Source: Candidatus Bathyarchaeia archaeon (GTDB taxonomy: Archaea; Thermoproteota; Bathyarchaeia; Bathyarchaeales; Bathycorpusculaceae). From it: DNA of 64,000 nt. Where the stretch lies: contig JBEKGO010000001.1 of the NCBI GenBank assembly GCA_050012755.1, positions 63,545 to 127,544 of the forward strand. Reading direction: 5' to 3'. A program made the translations under genes and the position numbers. Shown here piece after piece: positions 40,428 through 48,930 of the stretch. The stretch's first letter is position 1. The number at the start of each line of letters is the position of its first letter. Under the pieces are notes generated by a model. The model was not told the DNA's origin. It was given only the letters and a program-made list of their open reading frames with translations, and made no database searches.

Positions 40428-41834
40428 ATGAGACAAAGCGTAGAGAATTTTGGTCCAATTTGCAGAGCGGATATAGAAATTAAACCTCTTACGGTCATAA
40501 TCGGAAAGAATTGTGTGGGGAAATCGTTTTTTTCCAACCTTTTTTACGCAATGCTTGCATCCCTAAGAAGCGCGAGTGATATGGAAAGGGCGTTTTTTTC
40601 GATGACTACTCCCTCAAAAGCTCTGCAAAAGCTCGGGGTTGAAATTTCACCAGATTTCTCTGAGCAAAAATTAGTATCCAAAATCCTTGACATCCTATTA
40701 GAAGAGTATCGTCATCAGTTGGAATCGCTTTTTAAAAGGCATTTGGAAAGCATATTTGGCGTTCCAACAAAAGACTTGATTAGAGTAAATTCAACTAAAG
40801 CAACTATCAGGTTTGACTTTTCATCTAACTATTCCATTGAAGTAAACCTTTTGCGTCCAAATGAGATTTCATTGACCATTCTACTTGATAAGGAAAAACT
40901 TTCAGAAAATATGCTAATTGCCCTCCGAAGAACCCTCCGAGGAGCATTTGAAAGAGATGTGAAAAAAATCATAACTGCAAAACGAGTTTCATCTAGATGG
41001 AACCCGCTTTTCGACATGTATTTTGCATCTATAAGATTATTACTAAAAGAATTGCAGTTTCTAGATGAATCAACTTCCGTCTATATCATTCCAGCTGGAC
41101 GAGCAGGGTTGCTGGAAGGTTATAATACCGTCCAATCTGCACTCTTAAGTCTATCGCCCATCGCACCTATTCAAGGCGTATCAATGCCTCCGATACCTGG
41201 ACCCGCAGCCGAGTTCTATAGAGTTTTTTTGCAACTTAAAGGTCGAAAGGGACCTATGCGGAAGGTCGCAAAGGAATTTGAAGATCTAATTAAAGGTAGA
41301 ATCTTGGTTAAGTATTCCAGCAAAGTAAAAGGAAAAGCCTCGCTGAGTTATCTCTTTGAATCAGCTGACAAAACTGGTTCAACTGATGTAATCCATGCCG
41401 CCTCTGGAATTAAAGAGCTAGTAGTGTTACAACTGATTATAACGGAATTTGTAAAAAAAGGAGATTTTCTAATAATTGAGGAGCCAGAATCGCACCTTCA
41501 TCCAAGCGCACAAAGTAGACTTATGGAAATAATATCGGTTTTAATACAAAACAATGTAAGAGTTGTTATGACAACTCACAGTGATATAGTACTGAAAAAA
41601 CTAGCTCAACTGACAGGAATCCATAATGTTAGTGAAGGCGAAGCTCCTTATAGTCTAGATCCAGACAAATTCGCCGCATATTTGTTCAAAGACTCGAAAA
41701 ATGGAAGTACTTCTGAGAAACTAGTGCTCACCAACTTCGGAACATTTGAAGCCATGCCTACTTTTGATGACGTCATAAAAGAATTGTATGACAAAGAGAC
41801 ATCCTTGCAGTCTGCGATACAGATGAAGGGCTGA
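40428..41834 (+). CDS. ABC-type ATPase (AAA_15/AAA_21-like), conflict-system type
   Basis: VENFGPI start, Walker A GKNCVGKS, IPAGRAGL, signature AASGIKE, Walker B LIIEEPESHLHP, H-loop TTHS. Confidence 0.9.
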   Translation: MRQSVENFGPICRADIEIKPLTVIIGKNCVGKSFFSNLFYAMLASLRSASDMERAFFSMTTPSKALQKLGVEISPDFSEQKLVSKILDILLEEYRHQLESLFKRHLESIFGVPTKDLIRVNSTKATIRFDFSSNYSIEVNLLRPNEISLTILLDKEKLSENMLIALRRTLRGAFERDVKKIITAKRVSSRWNPLFDMYFASIRLLLKELQFLDESTSVYIIPAGRAGLLEGYNTVQSALLSLSPIAPIQGVSMPPIPGPAAEFYRVFLQLKGRKGPMRKVAKEFEDLIKGRILVKYSSKVKGKASLSYLFESADKTGSTDVIHAASGIKELVVLQLIITEFVKKGDFLIIEEPESHLHPSAQSRLMEIISVLIQNNVRVVMTTHSDIVLKKLAQLTGIHNVSEGEAPYSLDPDKFAAYLFKDSKNGSTSEKLVLTNFGTFEAMPTFDDVIKELYDKETSLQSAIQMKG

Positions 41835-41835
41835 C

Positions 41836-42279
41836 ATGACGTTAGCGGATCTTTTCAGATGCGTTTGTAGAGGTCGAAATTGCTTAGAAAAAAACCACAT
41901 CAAATGCGACAATGAAAAGCTTTTTACTCATATTAGAATCGATGGATGTGTAATCAAATCATCTGAAGAGAAGAAATGCGACTGCCTGATCTTATTCTTT
42001 CCATCTGAAAGCCCAAAGATGGTAATGTTTTTCGTAGAATGTAAACCAGCTGGATATAGCTTAAGAGAAGTAAAAGAGCAAATCGAAAACAGCATTAACG
42101 TTGTCGGAAAAGCATTTGGTCAAATCAGCGGAGACGTTCTGATTCCTGTTTGTTATTCCAAAAGTCATTCAAGCGGTTGTGAACGAGCAATTGATAGCTA
42201 CAGAGTGAAAAGTCCTAAAGGATTATTAACAATTAAATTGTTGAATTACGGTGATGATATAACCAAAGCTTTGAAATGA
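41836..42279 (+). CDS. Small putative PD-(D/E)xK nuclease-fold protein, partner of the ATPase
   Basis: KCDCLILF...FFVECK...EVKEQIENS pattern; starts 1 bp after the ATPase stop. Confidence 0.6.
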   Translation: MTLADLFRCVCRGRNCLEKNHIKCDNEKLFTHIRIDGCVIKSSEEKKCDCLILFFPSESPKMVMFFVECKPAGYSLREVKEQIENSINVVGKAFGQISGDVLIPVCYSKSHSSGCERAIDSYRVKSPKGLLTIKLLNYGDDITKALK

Positions 42280-42370
42280 CTTAATCTAAAGATTTACCTT
42301 GTTGGTTCGAGTTTGTGACATACAATTTTAAAGAATTTTGTATTGTATGTTTATTGCATGAGACTCTTGT

Positions 42371-43535
42371 CTATTTCTTTGTAAACAGTTTTATTCCATC
42401 GTATTCCATTTCGTATTTGTAGCCTTTCGCTAATAGTGCTTTAACTTCTGTTATGTTTCTTGCTTCTGCGACTGTCGGTTCTTCTTGGTCGAGGTCTTTT
42501 TTTTTCTGCGATAATGGTCGGCTTTGTTTGTGTTGGCGTTTCTTTGACGGTTGCTCTTATTTCGGGAAATACTTTGACAAATTGGTATGCTTTCATGTAT
42601 GCATCCCTTAATTCTTCGTCTGTTGGCAAGCTGTAAGCGTCTCGACTGTTAATTAATTGGTGTCCTAATATTTGGTCTATCCAGTTTGAGTTTATTCCAG
42701 CTTTCTCTAAATCCGTTTGCAGTTTCTTTCTTAAGCTGTGGGCTGACATTCTATCTTCATTAACGCTTACAAATGCTTCTCGCATTAATGATGATAATGA
42801 ATGCCTTGGGTATCGTTTGACTTCTCCTTTAGTCCAAACTTTGAATAGCGGGCTATCTTTTGTGATGATTTCAGGTTCTACGTTTCTTGAGTCTTTTGAG
42901 CCTTGTTTTCTTGCTTCCAAGTATTCTTTCAGTGCGTTTATGGATTCTTCGCCTATGAATGTTTTAGCTAAGAGATTTGTTTTCTCCGTAATTATGTTAA
43001 TTTGGATTATTGTTTCTGCATTTTCCAGTTGTTTAGCTATGTCGCCATAGTTTAGTCGTCTGACGTCGCTTACTCTTAAGCCTGAATCTTTTATGAACAG
43101 CATTATGGCTTTGATGGTTAGCTTGTTTCTTTGATGTTTGTTGTTTAATACTTTGAGTATGGCTTCTTTGGTTGCCCTTTTTACTCCATTGCTGTCTCCT
43201 GTAGGGTAGTCTCTCTTTCTCATTATTAACGGGAAATAATGTATCTCAAAGAATGAGCGTATAGATGCGAAGTAAATTTGTCTGGTTGCTACCGCATAGC
43301 CTTCGGCTTTCTTCTTTGCCAAGAACGCTAAGAATAAACTCTCAATTCTGCGCTGTATTTTCCTATCAGGGTTCAGTAGGTCTTGCTGTCTTTGCACTAT
43401 TAACTCGTCGGGTGTTTTGTCTACGAATGTTAAGAATTCGCTAAAGTATTGTTGATATCTTTGTTTGGTGCCTTCTTCTCTGGTTGCTAATTCACTTTGC
43501 CAATACTGCATTGCGGAGGGTGTTTCAGTTAACAC
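42371..43535 (-). CDS. Tyrosine recombinase/integrase; C-terminal domain out of frame at an A9 tract
   Basis: SGLRVSD, AHSLRK, ILGH, DAYS catalytic set in 42441-43535; a shifted frame continues DLDQEEPTVAEARNITEVKALLAKGYKYEMEYDGIKLFTKK* to 42371. Confidence 0.88.
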
Positions 43536-43787
43536 GGCTCAACCCTCCTCTTGGTGTATTGGATTTTTGAAACCTTATGTTGTTTACAACAAAGATTTGG
43601 GCTGGTGTATTGGCTGTAACCCGCCTTCTGTTATTGTGTCATATGGCTAATCGGGTTGCCTACCCATTTTCGGGCAGATTTCTAATCGACAGTATTTCTT
43701 AATTTCGCTTCCCAAAAGATTGTCTTTACAAATGACGTTTAAGCGAATTCTAAAAGTTAATATTGCCTTGATACTTAAAGTCCGAGT

Positions 43788-44273
43788 ATGTCTTTTCATG
43801 TTAGACGCAAGGACCGGGAAATAACCGACTGCGAAGAGTTGCAACAAGTTCTAAAAAGTACCAAATATGTTACTGTTGCCCTCTGCATGGAGAATGAGCC
43901 ATATCTTGTATCCTTAAGCCATGGCTACGATGAAGACAAGAACTGCCTTTACTTTCATTGCGCAACGGAAGGAAAGAAATTGGAGTTCTTGAGAGTTAAT
44001 AGTAGGGTGTGGGGGCAGGCGCTGCTTGATTTTGGCGTTACTGAGGACTGCGATTATGCTTACACGTCGGTTCATTTTAGTGGCAAAATGTCGTTAATTG
44101 AGGATTTAGTTGAGAAGCAGCATGCGATGGAGGTTTTGGTGCGGCAGGTTTCTCTTAACCCAGAGGAAAAACTTGCGAAGATCAAGCCAGAGAAACTTGA
44201 GAAACAAACGATGGGCAGAATTGACATTGACTACATGTCGGGTAAGAAGCATCAGGTTCCCAACGTTAGATAA
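43788..44273 (+). CDS. Pyridoxamine 5'-phosphate oxidase-like / NimA-like flavin-binding protein
   Basis: VRRKDREI, PYLVSLSHGY, LYFHCATEGKK, YTSVHFSG, MSGK. Confidence 0.87.
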   Translation: MSFHVRRKDREITDCEELQQVLKSTKYVTVALCMENEPYLVSLSHGYDEDKNCLYFHCATEGKKLEFLRVNSRVWGQALLDFGVTEDCDYAYTSVHFSGKMSLIEDLVEKQHAMEVLVRQVSLNPEEKLAKIKPEKLEKQTMGRIDIDYMSGKKHQVPNVR

Positions 44274-44293
44274 AGAAACTTTCAGTTTGAGAA

Positions 44294-44635
44294 CTAAGCT
44301 TTCTCTTTTAGGGTTTGTTCAATGTCTTGACGTAGGTTGGTTTCTTTAATATTTGGTAAGAGCTGCAGAAGACGACCTGTTACACTAACATCTTTTTTCT
44401 CGTCCATGCGAACCCAGTACTTGTTCCTCTTTAGCAAAGTCAACAATACACGAGCCTCAGTTTCCGCATCTTCATTCACTTTTGTAGCAGATGGAAAAGC
44501 AAGTCCATACTCAAGTGCGTTTGACATGAATTTTTCAAAAGCTCCGGTTACGGTGTAGCCGCTTTCTGATGCCAGAACCTTGAACTTCTCGTAGAGTTCT
44601 GGGTTAAACCGGAACGCTTTCAACATTTTAGGCAT
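44294..44635 (-). CDS. Small protein with N-terminal ribbon-helix-helix-like DNA-binding motif
   Basis: KAFRFNPELYEKFKVLASESGYTVTGAFEKFM fits a beta-helix-helix pattern. Confidence 0.6.
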   Translation of the reverse strand: MPKMLKAFRFNPELYEKFKVLASESGYTVTGAFEKFMSNALEYGLAFPSATKVNEDAETEARVLLTLLKRNKYWVRMDEKKDVSVTGRLLQLLPNIKETNLRQDIEQTLKEKA

Positions 44636-44646
44636 ACGCTGTCTCC

Positions 44647-44706
44647 TGTATCAACAATTTGTATCAACAAAATGTATTGACGGTGACCTACCTATAGGTA
44701 CCTATC
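44647..44706. promoter_or_regulatory. 13-bp-spaced direct repeats and palindromes upstream of the RHH-like gene
   Basis: TGTATCAACAA at 44647 and 44660, TGTATTGAC at 44673; TACCTATAGGTA palindrome at 44689-44700. Confidence 0.6.
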
Positions 44707-44899
44707 AGAGAGAAATAAAAATAGATTTTGTCAAGATTCAGACTGGAGCTGGTGTTTTCATTTGCCGTAGACAAGACACGATAGAACCACAAGTAACCTT
44801 GTCCAGATTTCTCCAGAATGCAAACGCAGAGCTTATCCGGTAGAGAGCTGTGCAATCTCTCGAGAAAAATGTTTTATACAAACAAACATACTTTATGCT

Positions 44900-45877
44900 A
44901 TGGTCAAATTCCTTTCTTGCGCTGAACTTTACGAAACGATTCAGAAAAAATCTCAAGAGACAAAAGACGTTTTGTGGGTATGCTCACCAAATTTGGGATT
45001 GGATGCACACGAAGTTTTTTCCCAAGAGATACTAAAGAATCAACTCGCAGACATCCGTTTTATTTTTAAAGTTACTGACTTTGCCGTCAAAAGCGGCTGT
45101 GTTAATCCTAATGAAATTCAATATCTTTTGGAAAATTTTGAAGGCAGCATAATCAAATCCCATGATAATTTTAATTGTAACATTTACATTTTTGACAATT
45201 CAGCGTTGATTACATCTGCAAATTTGACAAAACCTGCTTTCGAAGGCTCCTTTGAGTCAGGGCTTCTCCTTGATGGCCCAGAGGTTGATGAGGCAAAAGG
45301 TTTTTTCAACAATTTATGGGAAAATGCAAAAGTAGTAAGAGAACTTCAAAAACTCAAAAAAATGTGGAACGCGGAAAAGAGCGGAAACTTTGATTCAAAG
45401 AAAACTAAGCCACATACAAGCATTCGCAATTGGACAGACGAATGTGTAAGTAGCTGGTATTTTACAATTCCAGATGTCTTGTCAAAAAACGTTGAACGCA
45501 AGATAAAGAAAGAAGCAAACTGGGCGAGTGATTTGTCTGTTGTTGCAGATATTGGTCCCACGTGTTTCAAAAATATTAAACTCGGGGATTTGGCGTATCT
45601 TGCGAACCTAAACAAGACACGGGGCAAAGTGGAGGTTGATTTGGTTCGAATATTTGATAAAGGCACAGTGGAAACTGATGAAGGGGATTATCATTTTGCG
45701 TATAGAATAGAGAAAATCTTTTTGCTGGAGAGAAAAAGGTTCTACGAAATGTTGGTAAATGCAACTATTGGACCTAAAACTTGGGGAGCCCAACTAAGTG
45801 AAAACCAAGTAAAGTGGATGAATGAAACTCTTCTTTCACGCAAAACAAAGAAACCGCCCAAACCCAAAGTGAAATAG
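44900..45877 (+). CDS. Phospholipase D-fold (Nuc-like) protein with degenerate HKD motif plus C-terminal domain
   Basis: LWVCSPN, NFNCNIYIFD..ALITSANLT...ESGLL; H and K of HxKxxxxD both replaced by N. Confidence 0.75.
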   Translation: MVKFLSCAELYETIQKKSQETKDVLWVCSPNLGLDAHEVFSQEILKNQLADIRFIFKVTDFAVKSGCVNPNEIQYLLENFEGSIIKSHDNFNCNIYIFDNSALITSANLTKPAFEGSFESGLLLDGPEVDEAKGFFNNLWENAKVVRELQKLKKMWNAEKSGNFDSKKTKPHTSIRNWTDECVSSWYFTIPDVLSKNVERKIKKEANWASDLSVVADIGPTCFKNIKLGDLAYLANLNKTRGKVEVDLVRIFDKGTVETDEGDYHFAYRIEKIFLLERKRFYEMLVNATIGPKTWGAQLSENQVKWMNETLLSRKTKKPPKPKVK

Positions 45878-45953
45878 CATCGGCTTTGATGCAAACAATT
45901 TTTCCGAGAAACATTAATTAGTTGAATTATCGTGTATCTGTTGCGGCGCTCAT

Positions 45954-46056
45954 GCCCAGGTAGTATAGTTCGGTCCAGTATATGCGGCTGTCGCCCGCAG
46001 GACATCGCGATAAAATTCGTGACCTGATCCGGGTCCAAATCCCGGCCTGGGCGCCA
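45954..46056 (+). tRNA. tRNA-Asp(GTC) with a 25-nt BHB intron (46004-46028) at position 48/49; CCA encoded
   Basis: Acceptor GCCCAGG/CCTGGGC, G73, anticodon arm TGCGG-CTGTCGC-CCGCA, T arm CCGGG-TCCAAAT-CCCGG; strict bulge-helix-bulge around the intron. Confidence 0.92.
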
Positions 46057-46149
46057 ATTCATTTTGCTTAACTCATTCTTGCATGCTTGCTTTTGGATAG
46101 CTAGCTTAAAATCAAGTTTCTTTTATAAGCAAATCCTAATTATAGGAAA

Positions 46150-47172
46150 ATGAGTGTGACAGATGTGAGTGATTGGAAGTCCGTTCTTAGGGCAGATTCA
46201 ACGGATTGGCTTTTGGAAACAGAGAATCCTTCCGTTCGGTATTTTGCTTTATCCCAAATATTGGATAAGCCACAAAATGACCCTGAAATGGCTTCTGCAA
46301 AAGAAGCAATTATGCGTGATGGCGTGGTACCCGAAATTTTGGCTAAGCAGAACAGTGACGGCAGTTGGGATTTACCTGAAAAGTTTTACACTGCTAAATA
46401 CAAAGGAACTGTTTGGCAGCTTCTTATTTTGGCAGAATTAGGTGCTGACCAAAAAGATGAGCAAATCAGAAAAGCATGTGAATTTATTTTGGAGAATTCT
46501 CAAGACCGCGAAAGCGGGGGATTCTCTGCTTGGCCAAGTGTTAAGTTAGGCGGGGGGAGGCATAGTGGTGTTATTCCCTGTTTGACAGGAAACATGGTCT
46601 CGAGTTTGATTAAGCTCGGTTTGTTAGATGATGAGCGGATTCAGTGTGGGGTAGATTGGATAGTGCGTTATCAGCGGTTTGATGATAGTGAGTCTTGTGC
46701 GCCTAAGGTTTGGCCTTATGAGAAAACTCCAGGCTGTTTTGGGAAGCATTCTTGCCACATGGGTGTCGTTAAGTCGCTTAAGGCGTTATCAGAGATCCCA
46801 ACTGCCAAGCGGTCCAAAGGTGTAGCTGAAACTATTGAAAAAGGCGCTGAGTACATGCTAAAACACAACGTTCACAAAAGGAGTCACAATTTGAGTCAGG
46901 TATCGAAGCCGGGTTGGCTGCGCTTTGGTTTCCCATTGATGTATCAAACTGATGTGCTAGAGGTTCTAGGCATTTTGACTAAACTAGATTATAGAGATGA
47001 ACGGATGCAAGAAGCCATAGACGTAGTGGTCTCCAAACAGAACGAAAAAGGCCAATGGAACTTAGAAAACACTTTCAACCCAAGCTTTCAAACAAACATA
47101 GAACAGAAAAACAAACCCAGCAAATGGATAACCCTAAACGCCCTAACAGTTCTTAAAAGATTCTACAGCTAA
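46150..47172 (+). CDS. Prenyltransferase/squalene-cyclase-like (alpha/alpha) barrel protein
   Basis: QW-like repeats KQNSDGSW, YQRFDD, KQNEKGQW; SKWITL C-terminus. Confidence 0.75.
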   Translation: MSVTDVSDWKSVLRADSTDWLLETENPSVRYFALSQILDKPQNDPEMASAKEAIMRDGVVPEILAKQNSDGSWDLPEKFYTAKYKGTVWQLLILAELGADQKDEQIRKACEFILENSQDRESGGFSAWPSVKLGGGRHSGVIPCLTGNMVSSLIKLGLLDDERIQCGVDWIVRYQRFDDSESCAPKVWPYEKTPGCFGKHSCHMGVVKSLKALSEIPTAKRSKGVAETIEKGAEYMLKHNVHKRSHNLSQVSKPGWLRFGFPLMYQTDVLEVLGILTKLDYRDERMQEAIDVVVSKQNEKGQWNLENTFNPSFQTNIEQKNKPSKWITLNALTVLKRFYS

Positions 47173-47287
47173 CCACCAAGATCTGAATCCAAATCTCAGC
47201 ATAAGCGCCACTTCACTTTTACTTTCTTAAAATTTAATCAAAAACTTAATATCGATAGCACAACTGTTATACTGTAGATGTATCGAT

Positions 47288-47497
47288 ATGGATACCGTAG
47301 TACTTTCTTCGAAATACCAAATAGTTATTCCGCAAGGAGTTAGAGAAAAAACAGATTTGAAGCCAGGGCAAAAAATAGTTATTATCGAAAAAGACGGCGT
47401 AATTCACTTGATTCCTCAAAAACCGATAAAAGAAATGAGAGGATTTTTAAAAGGAATAGACACAAGTCAACTTAGAGATGAAGAGGATCGCTTTTGA
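47288..47497 (+). CDS. AbrB/MazE-fold antitoxin (VapB-like)
   Basis: LSSKYQIVIPQGVRE..DLKPGQ; overlaps the PIN gene by 4 bp. Confidence 0.9.
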   Translation: MDTVVLSSKYQIVIPQGVREKTDLKPGQKIVIIEKDGVIHLIPQKPIKEMRGFLKGIDTSQLRDEEDRF

Positions 47498-47871
47498 TTC
47501 TTATAGATTCCTATGGTTGGATAGAATACTTCACTGATGGTCCGTTAGCCGAAAGTTATGCACCTCACATTGAAAAGGCAGAACGCGAAAATTTTGTCAC
47601 GCCTACGATAGTCGTTTATGAAGTTTGCAGAAAAATCAAAAACCTGCAGGGCGAGCGGAATGCTCTAGAAGCCTTTGCTCAAATTTCTCGAACAAGAATA
47701 GTTGAACTGACAAGTGCAATATCACTCAGGGCGGCAGACATCAGTATTGCTTTAAAGTTGGGAACAGCTGACGCAATCATTTTAGCAACTGCGCAAGAAT
47801 GCAACGCCGAGCTCATTACTAGTGATAAACATTTGAAGGACTTAAAAAACGTCAAATTCATTAACAAGTAA
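47494..47871 (+). CDS. vapC: VapC PIN-domain toxin
   Basis: LIDSYGWIEY, VVYEV, ADAIILATA, LITSDKH. Confidence 0.9.
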   Translation: MILIDSYGWIEYFTDGPLAESYAPHIEKAERENFVTPTIVVYEVCRKIKNLQGERNALEAFAQISRTRIVELTSAISLRAADISIALKLGTADAIILATAQECNAELITSDKHLKDLKNVKFINK

Positions 47872-47921
47872 TCTTCGACCTAAGGACTAAAAGTTAAACA
47901 TTTCACAATCGGTGTATTTGT

Positions 47922-48908
47922 TTGCCTAGATTAATTGAGCCTTTAAAAGTAAAGGGTTACACTCTTAGGAACCGCATTGTTATGCCACCGATGCAGTCGG
48001 GAAGGGCAAGTTTTGAAGGCGCTGTAACTAACAAACTCATTAACTTTTATGTTCGCCGTTCTTCAGCGCTAGGCTTGCCTATTGTTGAGCATGCGTATGT
48101 TTCACTTACTGGAAAAATAGGGCCAAAACAACTTGGCATCTACAATGATTCGCTAATCGGCGGTTTTGAGAAGCTTGCGAGGGGACTGCATGAGGTTGGC
48201 GCACCCGCGGTTGTCCAAATATCGCATGCTGGCGGGGTCACAAACAAAAGAGTTATTGGCACCGAACCTGCTGGACCCTCGGCGAGACCAAAAACACGAA
48301 TGCTCGAAGTTAGCGAAATAGAGGCGATTGCTGAGGATTTTGCTTTGGCGGCTGAGCGTGCGGTTAAGGCTGGTTTTGACGGGGTTGAGCTTCATGGCGC
48401 GCATGGATATCTGCTTAACCAATTCTCCTCACCATTGATGAACAAGCGCGATGATGAGTATGGGGGTTCTTTGGAGAAGCGTATGAGCTTTCCCTTGTTG
48501 GTTGTTGAAAAGGTGCGTCAGCGCCTCAGCGGTAAACTTTTGCTCTATAGGTTAGGTTCGGATGATTTAGCCCCTAGTGGAACGCATATTGTGGATTCTG
48601 TTGTCTTTGCCAAGAAGCTTGAGGGGTCAGGAGTGGACATTATTGATGTATCTGGGGGTATGTGTGGAAGCGAGCCAAAGCAGCTAAAGCATGTAAAAGG
48701 CTATTTTGTTCCTCAGGCAAGCGAAATCAAGAAGGCAGTCAGCGTCCCCGTTATCGGTGTGGGAGGAATCACCGATGCAATTTTTGCAGATAAACTGGTA
48801 AGGGCGGGCAAAGTGGATTTGGTGGCAGTGGGCAGAGCGTTTTGGAGGGATAATAGGTGGGCTGAAAAAGCCATACAAATCCTCAGCTCAAGCAAATTAA
48901 CCTGTTGA
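47922..48908 (+). CDS. NADH:flavin oxidoreductase (Old Yellow Enzyme family)
   Basis: LRNRIVMPPM, QISHAG, AGFDGVELHGAHGYLLNQF, RDDEYGGS, VAVGR. Confidence 0.92.
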   Translation: MPRLIEPLKVKGYTLRNRIVMPPMQSGRASFEGAVTNKLINFYVRRSSALGLPIVEHAYVSLTGKIGPKQLGIYNDSLIGGFEKLARGLHEVGAPAVVQISHAGGVTNKRVIGTEPAGPSARPKTRMLEVSEIEAIAEDFALAAERAVKAGFDGVELHGAHGYLLNQFSSPLMNKRDDEYGGSLEKRMSFPLLVVEKVRQRLSGKLLLYRLGSDDLAPSGTHIVDSVVFAKKLEGSGVDIIDVSGGMCGSEPKQLKHVKGYFVPQASEIKKAVSVPVIGVGGITDAIFADKLVRAGKVDLVAVGRAFWRDNRWAEKAIQILSSSKLTC

Positions 48909-48930
48909 TTATAGCTTTGGTTTATGGGGG

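Larger units (their letters stand above)
37721..43627. mobile_element. Putative integrated element bounded by imperfect 28-bp direct repeats; carries a tyrosine integrase, ATPase/nuclease pair and histidine kinase
   Basis: GGCTGGTGTATTGGTCGTAACCCTCCTT (37721-37748) vs GGCTGGTGTATTGGCTGTAACCCGCCTT (43600-43627), 25/28 identical; the right copy is 65 bp upstream of the integrase start. Confidence 0.5.

Noticed and set aside
42391-42420. TATTCCAT direct repeats as integrase arm sites
   Set aside because: They are the coding sequence (YEMEYDGI) of the frameshifted integrase tail on the minus strand.
46150-47172. Bona fide squalene-hopene cyclase / hopanoid synthesis
   Set aside because: Only a single barrel of 340 aa and no DxDD catalytic motif.
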